A stretch of DNA of 64,000 nucleotides from Eledone cirrhosa (lineage: Eukaryota). Positions 1 to 12,680 of this stretch are shown in pieces. A program made the position numbers and the translations under genes. How positions within the stretch are numbered: position 1 is the first letter of the stretch; each line of letters opens with the position of its first letter. Below the pieces are notes generated by a model that saw nothing but the letters and a program-made list of their open reading frames with translations, was not told the origin of the DNA and ran no database searches. The stretch is from NCBI GenBank assembly GCA_964016885.1, contig OZ024743.1:32302001-32366000 (forward strand), given 5' to 3'.

Positions 1-33
1 ATCTATATATATATCTATATATATACATACATA

Positions 34-77
<44 letters not shown>

Positions 78-99
78 AATATATATATATATATATATG

Positions 100-1810
100 T
101 AGGAGGTGAGTTTTATTGTAGTACAATAAAGCAATGCAGATATCGGATAAGAAGCACTCTACAGTTTGTAGGACTGGAGTATACATAATATAAGATCAAA
201 AGATGGTTAAAGGAGTTCCATGTATGTTATTATGCGCATTTCAAAAACAAACATCATCATGCAATAATATTTGTGTTTTCATTAGATAAGACAGGAGAAC
301 ATGATATGAAGGCTAAAAAACACTTGTGGATAGTGCAGTTTTAAATCAACATATGAAAAGTGGTTTTAGATTGATGTGTGATATTGGGAAAAATATTTTA
401 TTTAGAGAGGGGGGGGGGGTGGAAAGGATGAAAAATGGGAGGAGATGAGAGGGAGAGATGGGTGATAGAGAGAAAGAGATAGTTTTTATAACTGAGAGAA
501 GATATATTGTTTTACATAGAGAGGTTGAAAACCGTTGGAAGATAATGTATAAATTAATTTGAAAATTAACGAAGGGAAGATATGTGCGAGGAAAAAATAT
601 TTTATTTAGGGGGGGGGGGGGGGAATTCCATAGGACTTTTCACAAAGTATACAGTTAATATTCAATTCTTTATCAATTTAGAATCTTTTCTCAAAGGCAC
701 ATATACATAAACCTCTTTAAAATATACCCATCTTCCTACCTTACTTCAAAGGGTATTATACACTCTATAATACTTGTTTACTCATTACCCTCTTTCTATC
801 TTCACCTTGCAAAATCCTTCATAACATATACATTTGTTTTTTTGACGTTAGAATATTCATCCGCAATTATTATTATTTTTTCTCTCTATCATAAAACTTT
901 TTAATCTCAATTTCATCCTTAATTTATTATTTTTTTCTCCCCATCAACGAACTCATTCTTAATACATATTAACTCTTTATTCGCATATATTATCAATTCC
1001 TTCAATATACAAACTTTAACTTCACATTATTTTTCTCAAATCCTTCTACACACAAACCTTAATAATTTTTTTTTTTTTTTTTTTTTTTTCTCTTCGTTAA
1101 TTTTGAAATTGCCACAATACTTATCAAGATACACTTTTTTTGACGTTAGAATATTCATCCACAATTATTATTTTTTCTCTCTATCTTCATACATAAATTC
1201 CCTTCGTTAATTTTCAAATTCCTTTAATTTATACATTATCTTCCAACGGTTCTCAACCTCTTTATGTAAAACAATATATCTTTTCTCAGTTATAAAAACT
1301 ATCTCTTTCTCTCTATCACCCATCTCTCCCTCTCCACCTTCACTCTCATCTCCTCCCCCTTTTTTCATCCTTTCCACCCCCACCCCCTAAATAAAATATT
1401 TTTTCCTCGCACATATCTTCCCTTCGTTAATTTTCAAATTAATTTATACATTATCTTCCAACGGTTTTCAACCTCTCTATGTAAAACAATATATCTTCTC
1501 TCAGTTATAAAAACTATCTCTTTCTCTCTATCACCCATCTCTCCCTCTCATCTCCTCCCCTTTTTCATCCTTTCCACCACCCCCCTCTCTAAATAAAATA
1601 TTTTTCCCAATATCACACATCAATCTAAAACCACTTTTCATATGTTGATTTAAAACTGCACTATCCACAAGTGATTTTTAGCCTTCATATCATGTTCTCC
1701 TGTCTTATCTGATGAAAACACAAATATTATTGCATGATGATGTTTGTTTTTGAAATGCGCATAATAAAATACATGGAACTCCTTTAACAATCTTTTGATC
1801 TTATATTATA
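100..1810. mobile_element. Fold-back non-autonomous Penelope-like/retrozyme-like element inserted in (TA)n
   Basis: Arms ~185-620 and ~1382-1810 are near-perfect reverse complements; internal direct repeats (~1198-1390 vs ~1417-1605); hammerhead motif in both arms; unpaired tail 100-185; (TA)n on both sides. Confidence 0.75.
1701..1771 (+). ncRNA. Type I hammerhead ribozyme motif
   Basis: TGTCTTAT-CTGATGA(1709-1715)-16 bp imperfect stem II-GAAA(1752-1755)-palindromic TGCGCA-TA-ATAAAATA (stem I partner). The mirror copy at ~225-292 (-) has CTAATGA. Confidence 0.75.
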
Positions 1811-1831
1811 TATATATATATACATACATAT

Positions 1832-2147
1832 GGAGGCACATGGCTTAGGGGTTAGAGCATTGGGCTTGCAATCGAAAGGTTGTGAGTTCAATTCTCAGAC
1901 CGGGTGATGTGTTGTTTCCTTGAGCAAGACACTTTATTTCACATTGCTCCAGTTTACTCAGCTGTAGAAATGAGATGATAGGACTGGCATACCATTATTC
2001 CACTGTAAAGTGGTCGTGGAGGTGCCACGGCAAAAAATCACTGTAAATGAGGCTGATGCTAGGAAGGGCATCCAGCTGTTGAAATCAAGCCAGAATCAGT
2101 TCTTTGCAAGCAGGGAAAAGCAGACGTAAAATGAAATGATGATGATG
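1832..2147 (+). mobile_element. tRNA-derived SINE with CORE-like body and RTE-derived tail
   Basis: A box TGGCTTAGGGG, B box GAGTTCAATTC, body TCCTTGAGCAAGACACTT...CTCAGCTGTAGAAATG; 3' part matches the RTE 3' UTR at 51365-51622; (GAT)n end. Confidence 0.8.
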
Positions 2148-2590
2148 AATATCTCTATATATCTATATATATCTATATATATGTATATATATATATATAT
2201 ATATAAATATGTGTATATATGTATATATATATATAGAGAGAGAGATATCTATATCTATATATATATACATATCTATACATATATATATACATATATATAC
2301 ATATCTATATACATATATATACATATCTATATACATATATATGCATATCTATATGTATACATATATATATATACATATCTATACATATCTATATGTATAC
2401 ATATATATATATATACATATCTATACATATCTATATATATATACTTATCTCTCTATATATAGATACATATCTATACATATCTATATATATATACATATCT
2501 ATACATATCTATATATATATACATATCTATACATATCTATATATATATACATATCTGTACATATCTATATATATATATATATATATACAT
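2148..2590. repeat. Compound (TA)n/(TACATATC)n microsatellite
   Basis: Direct inspection; explains the YI-rich ORFs 2136-2650. Confidence 0.95.
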
Positions 2591-3980
2591 TCTGGATGTT
2601 CTGGTGGGTCTAGGGTGGAAGGTCAAGAGGTGTCAAATACTCATTTTTGAGTAACAACTACAGATTTTTACTCTTTATATTTAAATAATAGTCAATAATT
2701 GTAAAGTAAGGGGATAGTTTAGGACTTGTGGTAAAGTATTTATTTTCCAGTATGGCTGTTTAGGTCTTGCATATTAATAAACCCCACCTATAACACACAA
2801 ACACACTCACTTGATGCATTATACACACATTTGTAACTAAATCAAGGCAGTGCATCAGCACAATTTCAGTTTAATTACAGAAATCAGTAAAAGAATAAAA
2901 GAATATTAACCCTGACTTAAGTGTATTTGTCTGCAACAAGCTACTTTTCATCGATTAAGTCTTTAACTATCTTCAAAAGGAACACATGCATGTTCCAAGG
3001 ATTGGTTTAATCATCATAGTTATTATTTCAGTTATTTCATGAAGGAAATTCTGCATTCAGATTTTCACAAAATGCATAAAAATATCAAATATGCTCAAGC
3101 GTAACTGTGTGTTTAATGAGTTTGCTTCAGAACCATGCTGTTTTGGAGTTCAGACCTACTGTGTGGCATGTTGGGCAAGAGTCATTTACTATAGCCTTTT
3201 GTTAATCAATAACTTATTTGTGAAATTTGGGAGACAGAAATGTGTGTTCCAACTAATCCAAACCTTGTTGAAACAAAGTTAAGCTGTTTTACAGCCATGT
3301 CTAGAACAAAGAAAATTTTAGTGGTAATGATGAATATTAAGGGACGACAGGTTTACTTTTATGAAGCCCTAGTATTGTCATTATACTGAATGGTTCATTC
3401 GAAAAAAAAAATGGAGGATTGTGTTTCAGCAGAATACAGGAGATAATAATGTGAGACCTAAAAATAAAGGTTTATCATTCCTTAGCCTTGGTATGCAAGC
3501 ACAACACTGTTCTACCAGTTCACCTTGCAATTAGAACAAGGAGCAACTATGCCACAATATACAAAACAGAGTTAGTAAACAAAACATCAAAACTCTACTA
3601 CAAAATTCCTCTTCATAATAAATAAGGAATACCTACTGGTTCACCATCAGCCACATTGTGCTCATCATTCTGTGGGGACCTAGAAAATGTATGAGTACTA
3701 AAAATGCTCCTCTCTCTAAATACAAAAATGAGAGGTTGTTTGACTTGCTAGAAATAGCTGTTGAATCTCCCTCAAATTCCACCATATCTGATGAAATACA
3801 GTATTTTTATTTTTGTTCATGTAAGTTCAAATCCTGCTGAGGTTGATAAAATAGTTTACCAATGTAGTCTATAGGATGGGTGGCAATTTTTAAAACTTTT
3901 GAAAAGATGCCATGCAATATTTGGTCCTGGTCTTTGCATTCAGATTTCAAATCTTACTGTGGTTCACTTGAGTCATAGGC

Positions 3981-4232
3981 TTAACCCTCTCCTTATAATA
4001 TTTTTAATGAAAGACACTGTCTATGATTTTTATAAAATTTTGAAAATAATCAAGAATTTGGAAGGATTTTGAAAAAGTTTTCCTATTATCAAGCATATAT
4101 TTGAAACATAACACAAGTTCTTATATAAAATTATGATGGAAGGTTTTTAGATAAATATATATACTTTAAATTTAACAGGTTGTATCACAGAAATAGGGAC
4201 AATTTCATGTGATTTGGTATCAAAAGAGTTAA
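3981..4232 (-). mobile_element. TTAA-flanked MITE, family B (piggyBac-like)
   Basis: TTAA-CCCT...AAAAGAG-TTAA; related copies at 36672-36883, ~37364-37630, 44507-44731, 55550-55800, ~22836-23040. Confidence 0.6.
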
Positions 4233-5825
4233 TCTGTCACTTAGTTTAACATCACTACAAAAATGGAGTTTGCTCTGTTGCAAGGATTCAAGCTATGTCT
4301 CTAGTTTCAGGATATCTTCCTCCCTTCCATCAGTCTATAGGTCCTGAAAATGGTTGTGTGATGCCCTATCTCTTGACTAAAATATAAAAAGGGAAGGCTA
4401 CATTGGATAACATGGTACTCAGTACACATCGACCTAAATAACAAAATCAAGATGGGATATATATTCAAAAAGAAAAGCAACAAATAGAATATTCATAGGC
4501 TTGAGCATTAAAGTAAACAAGGGAAGTAAAAAATAATAAATGAATTTGTTTTGCCAGCTTTCAATGCTACTATGTTCTTCCAGTGTGTAAATATTGGAAA
4601 AGGTTTGGTTCTTTAACATATACTTTGCTCTTGATACATTACATGAATACAAAGTTACCTTTGGTGTCCTTAAAAATGAAACTTGTCACTGTATGGAAAT
4701 AAAAATAAATTTTTGATAAAACTTATAAGGAATATGAAAATAAAGTTATGATAGAAAATGCCTTCTTATTTCTTCAACCATTATTCTAAATAATAATGAA
4801 TTTTTATTTATTTTATTTTTTTCTTCTAGAAACTTCAACTACAGCATCAAAAACAGCAATAACAATATCCAAATCCCCCTGACTGTTGATAACTGAAAAC
4901 AAGAAAATAATTAACAAATAATAATAATAATTTTATTACAAAACAATTTTGTTTTGTACTGAAACATTATTGGTGCTGTTGAGCTGTTATTGTTCACAGT
5001 CACATCTGATATATAGTCCCCTGCAGGTAACCACATCTCCTTCTCAGAAACTGGGGTCTAGCTGAAAACCCTGTAATTAGAATCCGAAATAAGACAGAGA
5101 AAAAATTTCAAATAGACAAGAAAATGGTGTCTTAAGCCCTCAGGTAAGTAAACTTCTTGATGGAAGTATAAATTCAATATATTTTTCTGGCTTATTCAGA
5201 GGAAATTAACTTCTGAGAAGGATAACTTTTTGTCATCATTATATCTATGTATTTCTATTAATCTATATATGTGTTTGAGTGAGAATGGACAACTGAGAGA
5301 TGAAAAGAGAAAGTATACAAGTGTGATATTGAGATGGAGCATGCATGTGTGTATGTAAGAGAGTGAAATATGTGTCAGTGTATATGTGCAGGGAAGATAG
5401 AGAGAGAGATTATGTACATCTTGGTGCATGTGAGAGTTAAAGATGGACAATGCTCATATAAGAAAGAGTGAGGATGGAAAAAAATGCTTAGATTGAATAC
5501 CTGATAGTGTCTAAGATCAGAGAGTATCTTATATATGTGTGTGTGTGCATATCTATGTGTAAGGGAAAAAGGGAGAAAAGTTTTCAGTATGTGTTAGAGA
5601 AATAAAAAAAAATATATATATATATAAATGTGTGTATATATATATATATATACAAATACATGCATAAACACACACACACATATATATATATATATACATA
5701 TCAAAAGAGATTGATATATAATATAGCATTCGTGCGGCTCTATGATAGCTCAATGAAAGAATTGAAGCTAAAAATCCTAGAGCTCAGAGCACTTCCACAC
5801 TGCCAATATTATATATATATATATA

Positions 5826-5993
5826 TGCAAATGGCAAAGAGAAATAACAAAGCAAATGACACAGTACAAATAAGAAATATATTATTTCTGATGAAAGACT
5901 AGCATCTGAAACATATCAAGCGTAATACTAATAATATATTTCTTCATTGTACTGTGTTGTTCGCTTTCTTCTTTTTCTGCTTGCCTTTTGCAT
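5826..5993. mobile_element. Small fold-back element with a degenerate hammerhead core in the loop
   Basis: ~60 bp diverged inverted arms (ACACAGTACAAATAAGAAATATATTATT / AATAATATATTTCTTCATTGTACTGTGT) around CTGATGA(5888-5894)-AAGACTAGCATCT-GAAA-CATATC; flanked by (TA)n. Confidence 0.55.
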
Positions 5994-6031
5994 ATATATA
6001 TATATGTATATCTATGCATATATATATATAT

Positions 6032-6150
6032 ATCAGCCTGCCCGCCCAGCCAGTGGGATGGCATCATCGTACGGCTAAAACAGCACGTGCTGTGACTAGC
6101 GGCGCTCGATGGCGCCCGACATACTGGTCGGTCAAGGTGATCAAGGTGAT
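6032..6150 (+). mobile_element. Short GC-rich retroposon 3' end
   Basis: CpG-rich island between (TA)n runs ending in the tandem tail CAAGGTGAT-CAAGGTGAT. Confidence 0.4.
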
Positions 6151-6163
6151 ATATATATATATA

Positions 6164-7231
6164 TATACGATATTAATAAATGGAAACTATATTTATAAAA
6201 CCATATTTATTTCATTATACATATTTCAGGGATACCATATTAAATTATGGTATGCCTTCATCAGACAAAATACAATATATAACAGTTTTACAAATAGCTT
6301 TGACGTACCCTTTTAAAATACAACCATTACTTTTGGAGGCTGTCTGGATAGTGAATTGTTTATATTGTTTTAATAAGTCATAGTGTTAAGCGCAATTAGA
6401 AAAAGACGGAGATAAAGAAAAAGAAAAAAGACGGAGAGAGAGAAAAGAACAAAGATGGAGAGAGAGAAAGAAAGAAACCTGGAGAAATATCGGAGAGAGA
6501 GAAATGTATGGAGAAAAGAAAGAGATAAATAAAGATAGGAGGAAATAAAAAATAAAAAATAAAAAAGAAAGAAAAGGAAGAAATAAGAAAAACAAAGGAA
6601 AGCAACAGAGAGATATCAAGTCATCATACAGAGAGAAAAACTCAAGAGAGAGAAATATTATATAGAGAGAGGGGGGACAATGAAAACTTTACGTCATGTC
6701 ATATTAAGTTGAGTTAACAATTTATATGAAATGAATAATAAAAATATATTTATTTTTTATTTTTTATTTCCTCCTATCTTTATTTATCTCTTTCTTTTCT
6801 CCATACATCTCTCTCCGATATTTCTCCAGGTTTCTTTCTTTCTCTCTCTCCGTCTTTGTTCTTTTCTCTCTCTCTATCTTTGTTCTTTTTCTTTATCTCC
6901 GTCTTTTTCTAATTGCGCTTAACACTATGACTTATTAAAACAATATAAACAATTCACTATCCAGACAGCCTCCAAAAGTAATGGTTGTATTTTAAAAGGG
7001 TACGTCAAAGCTATTTGTAAAACTGTTATATATTGTATTTTGTCTGATGAAGGCATACCATAATTTAATATGGTATCCCTGAAATATGTATAATGAAATA
7101 AATATGGTTTTATAAATATAGTTTCCATTTATTAATATCGTATATCTACTCCAAAAACTTGTCGAGTGCTTTATATCAGTTATAAAAATATTTACTTGTT
7201 GTATCCCAACAACTTTAAATAGATCTTTTGC
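6164..7231. mobile_element. Fold-back Penelope-like/retrozyme-like element, young copy
   Basis: Arms 6164-~6563 and ~6749-7144 are inverted (ORFs 6180-6383 + and 6925-7128 - translate identically); hammerhead in each arm; unpaired tail 7145-7231; (TA)n flanks. Confidence 0.8.
7036..7100 (+). ncRNA. Type I hammerhead ribozyme motif (identical mirror copy at 6208-6272, - strand)
   Basis: TATTTTGT-CTGATGA(7044-7050)-AGGCATACCATA/ATTTAA/TATGGTATCCCT-GAAA(7081-7084)-TATGTA-TA-ATGAAATA; stem I pairs with two G.U. Confidence 0.8.
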
Positions 7232-7255
7232 ATATATATATATATATATATATAT

Positions 7256-7495
7256 ATGAGATGGTATCAAAAAGTTCACAGACTAGTTATGTTTAAAAAA
7301 AATAATATATTTACCTAAGTTTGAACATCATCTCCATCAAAATAGTCACCTTGTGCAGCAATACAATGGTCCCAGCGTTCCTGCCACTTTTGGAATCCAA
7401 CCTGGAAGTCATTATCTGTAAGAGAGTCAAGGACCTTCTGTGATTCACTCTGGATCTTGGCAACAGTGTTAAAATGGTAACCTTTGAGCTGCATG
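7256..7495 (-). mobile_element. mariner transposon 3' end (transposase C-terminus plus TIR)
   Basis: Minus strand reads MQLKGYHFNTVAKIQSESQKVLDSLTDNDFQVGFQKWQERWDHCIAAQGDYFDGD, a typical mariner C-terminus; TIR-like TATGAGATGGTATCAAAAAGTT at a TA site. Confidence 0.85.
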
Positions 7496-8468
7496 AATTA
7501 ACTATTCCCTGAAAATTCCAAAAATAATCTATATGTATGTACGTGTTTCTGCTAGTGTATGTTATAAATATATATTTATACTTTTACATAATATACGTAT
7601 ATGTGTGTGTGTGTTTATGTGTGTTTGTGAATAAACTGCTGTTTAAGTGTAAAATCTCTACTTATCGAACAGAAATTAACATATATATGATTACATACCA
7701 CCAACCTGAAGTTGTTTGAATATTTACTGCTTTTTGTACCATATCATAAACAAAAATTGTGCATGTCTATATATATAATATATATGTGTGTGTGCATTAC
7801 GACATGGAATTAGCTAGATAATCAAGGAACTAGCAGTTTGATAGCCTATGTTGAAACTATCACATATCAGTGGACAATATACACCTTCTGTCCACTTTTT
7901 CCATCTCCAAGAGGCACTTCCCCTAATTTTCTCAACCATTATTTATAGTGATCAAGTATAATCATAGTCATATTGGAGCGACAACATTTCTATTTGAGTT
8001 ATTTAAAATTTATACGAAAAAATTATCGTTGAAGCAAACTTACACAACGTTAATTTCTTAGATAGCAACTCGAATTTAAAAACCAATAAACGCTATCAAT
8101 TTAAGAAATTGTACAGTACATCAGTATAGCCTCAAATCATCTATCGGCCTCCAAAAATAATTTAGTGAAAAATTTTAGTATATGATTATTCAGTATTTTA
8201 TCTGAAATATCTATCTTCAACAAAGTGGTCACATATGAAGTGTTAACATGTAGTTTAAGGATAAAATAGATTACATAAATTCTTAGACTCAGAAAAGCAG
8301 AAAAAAGAATTAAATGGTTTCACAGAATTATATTGTTTTGTATAATGTGTACACAAGTATCACTAAACATTTGAATTTATTCAAGAATTTATTGAGAATC
8401 AGTAAAGCATGAAACTCAGAAATAGAATTTGTGAAATTTTAGTCTGAAATAAATTTGATTGCAAACGT

Positions 8469-8509
<41 letters not shown>

Positions 8510-10067
8510 CAATCCCTGATGTTATCCAGAAACTAACGCACTGAATTGATAGCCACTTTGTAGGATGAGAATCATTGTAATTCTTCTGAAGAGTCATGGC
8601 TGGAACAGTTTAAAGACATCTGAATTGTTACTGTTGGAGCCAGCTCCATTAAAAGAGTAGGTGGATTTGTCATGGCGGAAGAGCAAAGTATGAAACAACA
8701 AAGACTGGAAAAGAGAGGGCAGGGAGTGGAACACACAGATTGTTGCCAAAATTGGGTATGTCTATATATGAGCATGTGTGTGAGGAAAACTGAAATTACC
8801 ACCATTATCTAATATATGGAACCATAATAAACAGGCAGCTATTTATTATTTTGATTGTATCACAGATATCCTTCCATACTTAAAATTTATATTAAGTAAA
8901 AATTGAAAATGTAACCTAACACTATTCTTTTATTGGTTTCAGTCATTAGACTACTGGAACACTGCCTTGATTTTAGTACTTATTTTTTCAAGTCTGAAAA
9001 TAATTTTATCAATATTTTGAGTTACAAGACACATGCACACGATGGGCTTCTACAATTTCCATCAACCAAATTCCAATCCAAAGGCTATAGAAACACAAAC
9101 GAAGCAGTGAAGTGTTATATAATTTGTCAGTAAAAGGAGTGTGTGTAAAACAAATTTTGAAAAAAATCTTTTTGCACAATCAAAATCTACAATGTTTAAA
9201 ATATCAAAATCAGATTTCTGAAAAAAAAAAAGTTACAGGCGAATGGTTATTTTTTGAGCATTTACTTATTCTTTTCAATATTATGAGTATCATTATTTTA
9301 CATTCCACAATATGCTAGTAGAAATTTTAATCATACTGCTTCTATCCACTTTTACACTTATGACACTAAGATATGTTTTGAGGGAGATTTAGCTACTATT
9401 GCTAGCAGGCTGAGCTACTATATAGAATTTACTCCTGTTGCTTCAGCCCTATATGCATAGATGATAGAGTAAGGTGTGATCTTAAGGAGGTTCTGCTGCT
9501 GCTTCTATTAAAAAGTCTAGCTACTGCAAAATGTTCTCCCTCATTATTGCATAAATTCAGATGAAATCATTCAACTGAAAATGATAAGAGAGTAGAGAAA
9601 GGGAGATAAATGAAAGACAAAATGTGCTTTTATTAAATGGAATAAAAAATGTAAAGAATTGCAATCAAATGCATTGTTGCTGCATATAGCAAGATAGATG
9701 TTACACAAGCCTTCACACACACACATAGGCAACTCATGTATACATATATATATATATACATACATAGAAGCATACATACATACATACATACACAAATACA
9801 TGTGTGTGCATACATGAATGCAATTCATAGAGCATCATGGAGAAAAAATATACTCAGTGTATCGAAGCATTCTGAGGGGAATCACATTAAGCATACAAAA
9901 CCAAAAAAGAGATGCAAGAAAACAAAACCACATACCATAATATTAATAATACATTTAAATACTCAATTTTTGACCAAGTTTGCTCTTCTAAAGCGGGGTT
10001 TGTTAGCTACATAAGATTACATGAACCAAAAGAAACTAATAATAGTTAAACATCACATGAAGTTCAT

Positions 10068-12200
10068 ACGCCATACATATGCCTGTTACAATCTATTGGT
10101 GATTTGAAGAGGCATATGCCATACTTATGTCTGTAACAATCTATTGGTGATTTGAAGAGGCATATGCCATACATATGCCTGTAACAATCTATTGGGGATT
10201 TGAAGAGGCATATGCCATACTTATGCCTGTAACAATCTATTGGGGATTTGAAGAGACATATGCCATACATATGTCTGCAACAATCTATTGGGGATTTGAA
10301 GAGGCATATGCCATACATATGTCTGTTACAATCTATTGGGGATTTGAAGAGGCATATGTCAGTACATATGTCTGTTACAATCTATTGGAGATTTGAAGAG
10401 GCATATGCCATACATATGTCTGTAACAATCTATTGGGGATTTGAAGAGGCATATGCCATACTTATGCTTGTAACAATCTATTGGGGATTTGAAGAGGCAT
10501 ATGCCATACATATGTCTGCAACAATCTATTGGGGATTTGAAGAGGCATATGTCAGTACATATGTCTGTTACAATCTATTGGGGATTTGAAGAGGCATATG
10601 CCATACATATGTCTGTTACAATCTATTGGGGATTTGAAGAGGCATATGCCATACTTATGTCTGTTACAATCTATTGGGGATTTGAAGAGGCATATGTCAG
10701 TACATATGTCTGTTACAATCTATTGGGGATTTGAAGAGGCATATGTCAGTACATATGTCTGTTACAATCTATTGGGGATTTGAAGAGGCATATGTCAGTA
10801 CATATGTCTGTTACAATCTATTGGGGATTTGAAGAGACATATGCCATACATATGTCTGCAACAATCTATTGGGGATTTGAAGAGACATATGCCATACATA
10901 TGTCTGTTACAATCTATTGGGGATTTGAAGAGGCATATGTCAGTACATATGTCTGTTACAATCTATTGGAGATTTGAAGAGGCATATGCCATACATATGT
11001 CTGTAACAATCTATTGGGGATTTGAAGAGGCATATGCCATACATATGTCTGTTACAATCTATTGGGGATTTGAAGAGGCATATGTCAGTACATATGTCTG
11101 TTACAATCTATTGGGGATTTGAAGAGGCATATGTCAGTACATATGTCTGTTACAATCTATTGGGGATTTGAAGAGGCATATGCCATACATATGCCTGTAA
11201 CAATCTATTGGGGATTTGAAGAGGCATATGCCATACTTATATGTTACAATCTATTGGGGATTTGAAGAGGCATATGTCAGTACATATGTCTGTTACAATC
11301 TATTGGGAATTTGAAGAGGCATAAGCCATACATATGTCTGTTACAATCTATTGGGGATTTGAAGAGGCATATGCCATACATATGTCTGTTACAATCTATT
11401 GGGGATTTGAAGAGGCATATGCCATACATATGTCTGTTACAATCTATTGGGGATTTGAAGAGGCATATGCCATACTTATATGTTACAATCTATTGGGGAT
11501 TTGAAGAGGCATATGTCAGTACATATGTCTGTTTCAATCTATTGGCGATTTGAAGAGGCATATGCCATACATATGTCTGTTACAATCTATTGGGGATTTG
11601 AAGAGGCATATGCCATACATATGTCTGTAACAATCTATTGGGGATTTGAAGAGGCATATGTCAGTACATATGTCTGTTTCAATCTATTGGGGATTTGAAG
11701 AGGCATATGCCATACATATGTCTGTTACAATCTATTGGGGATTTGAAGAGGCATATGCCATACATATGTCTGTAACAATCTATTGGGCATTTGAAGAGGC
11801 ATATGTCAGTACACATGTCTGTTTCAATCTATTGGGGATTTGAAGAGGCATATGCCATACATATGTCTGTAACAATTTATTGGGGATTTGAAGAGGCATA
11901 TGCCATACATATGTCTGTAACAATCTATTGGGGATTTGAAGAGGCATATGTCAGTACATATGTCTGTTACAATCTATTGGTGATTTGAAGAGGCATATGC
12001 CATACATATGTCTGTTACAATCTATTGGGGGTTTGAAGAGGCATATGCCATACATATGTCTGTTACAATCTATTGGGGATTTGAAGAGGCATATGTCAGT
12101 ACATATGTCTGTAACAATCTATTTGAGATTTGAAGAGGCATATGTCAGTACATATGTCTGTTTCAATCTATTGGGGATTTGAAGAGGCATATGCCAGTAC
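10068..12200. repeat. Tandem array of 48/49-bp units (~44 copies)
   Basis: Unit CCATACATATGTCTGTTACAATCTATTGGGGATTTGAAGAGGCATATG (48 bp) and a 49-bp variant with TCAGT in place of CCAT. Confidence 0.97.
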
Positions 12201-12369
12201 ACAATGTTAATTTTCATGATTATGAATTGCATTTTACTGGCAAAAGATATTTATGTTCATACTCATTGACTCACATGTATCTTACCAACAGAATGGTTCT
12301 CCAATCTGTTGTGCAAACTGGATTTATAAGTTCCTTTGCAGACTGAGTCAAATCTTAGCTGAGACAATT

Positions 12370-12680
12370 CTGTGGTCAGAAGAAACGTTATCAAGCCTCA
12401 CAACTTTACAGCCATCTACCTCCAATTGTTCATACTATCTGGTAAAGACAAACCATATTCATGGGACACTGTTAGAGAAAAAAATATAAAATTATCAGTG
12501 ATGTATGACACCAAAACATGAGCATTCAAATGTAGGTGGATCTCACAAAACCTACATCAGACAGCTATGTGAGGATTCTAAGTACAATCTGGAGGACCTG
12601 CCATGAACATTGGATGACTGAGATGGATGGAGAGAGAAAGAATCATGGTGATTTGTGCAAACATCATGAAATGATGATAA
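12370..12680 (+). pseudogene. Old RTE-clade LINE 3' remnant
   Basis: Degenerate translation HLPPIVHTI..GHC.R ... KTYIRQLCEDS..NLEDLP.TLDD.DGWRER, an RTE C-terminus, followed by a GAT-type tail. Confidence 0.6.

Noticed and set aside
2136-2650. YI/CV/HT-rich ORFs here and at 14316-14683, 25899-26096, 27082-27448, 33984-34301, 48870-49613
   Set aside because: Translations of (TA)n/(CA)n/(GT)n microsatellites.
4830-5142. Strong-looking splice sites (TTCTTCTAG at 4829, CAG|GTAAGT at 5142)
   Set aside because: All frames tested between the sites contain stops; a non-coding exon cannot be supported without RNA data.
8560-8805. Possible exon in a GC-richer patch
   Set aside because: Short frames with stops and no recognisable homology.
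10068-12200. CRISPR-like array or repeat-protein gene
   Set aside because: No unique spacers, no cas genes, eukaryotic context; the 49-bp units break every reading frame.
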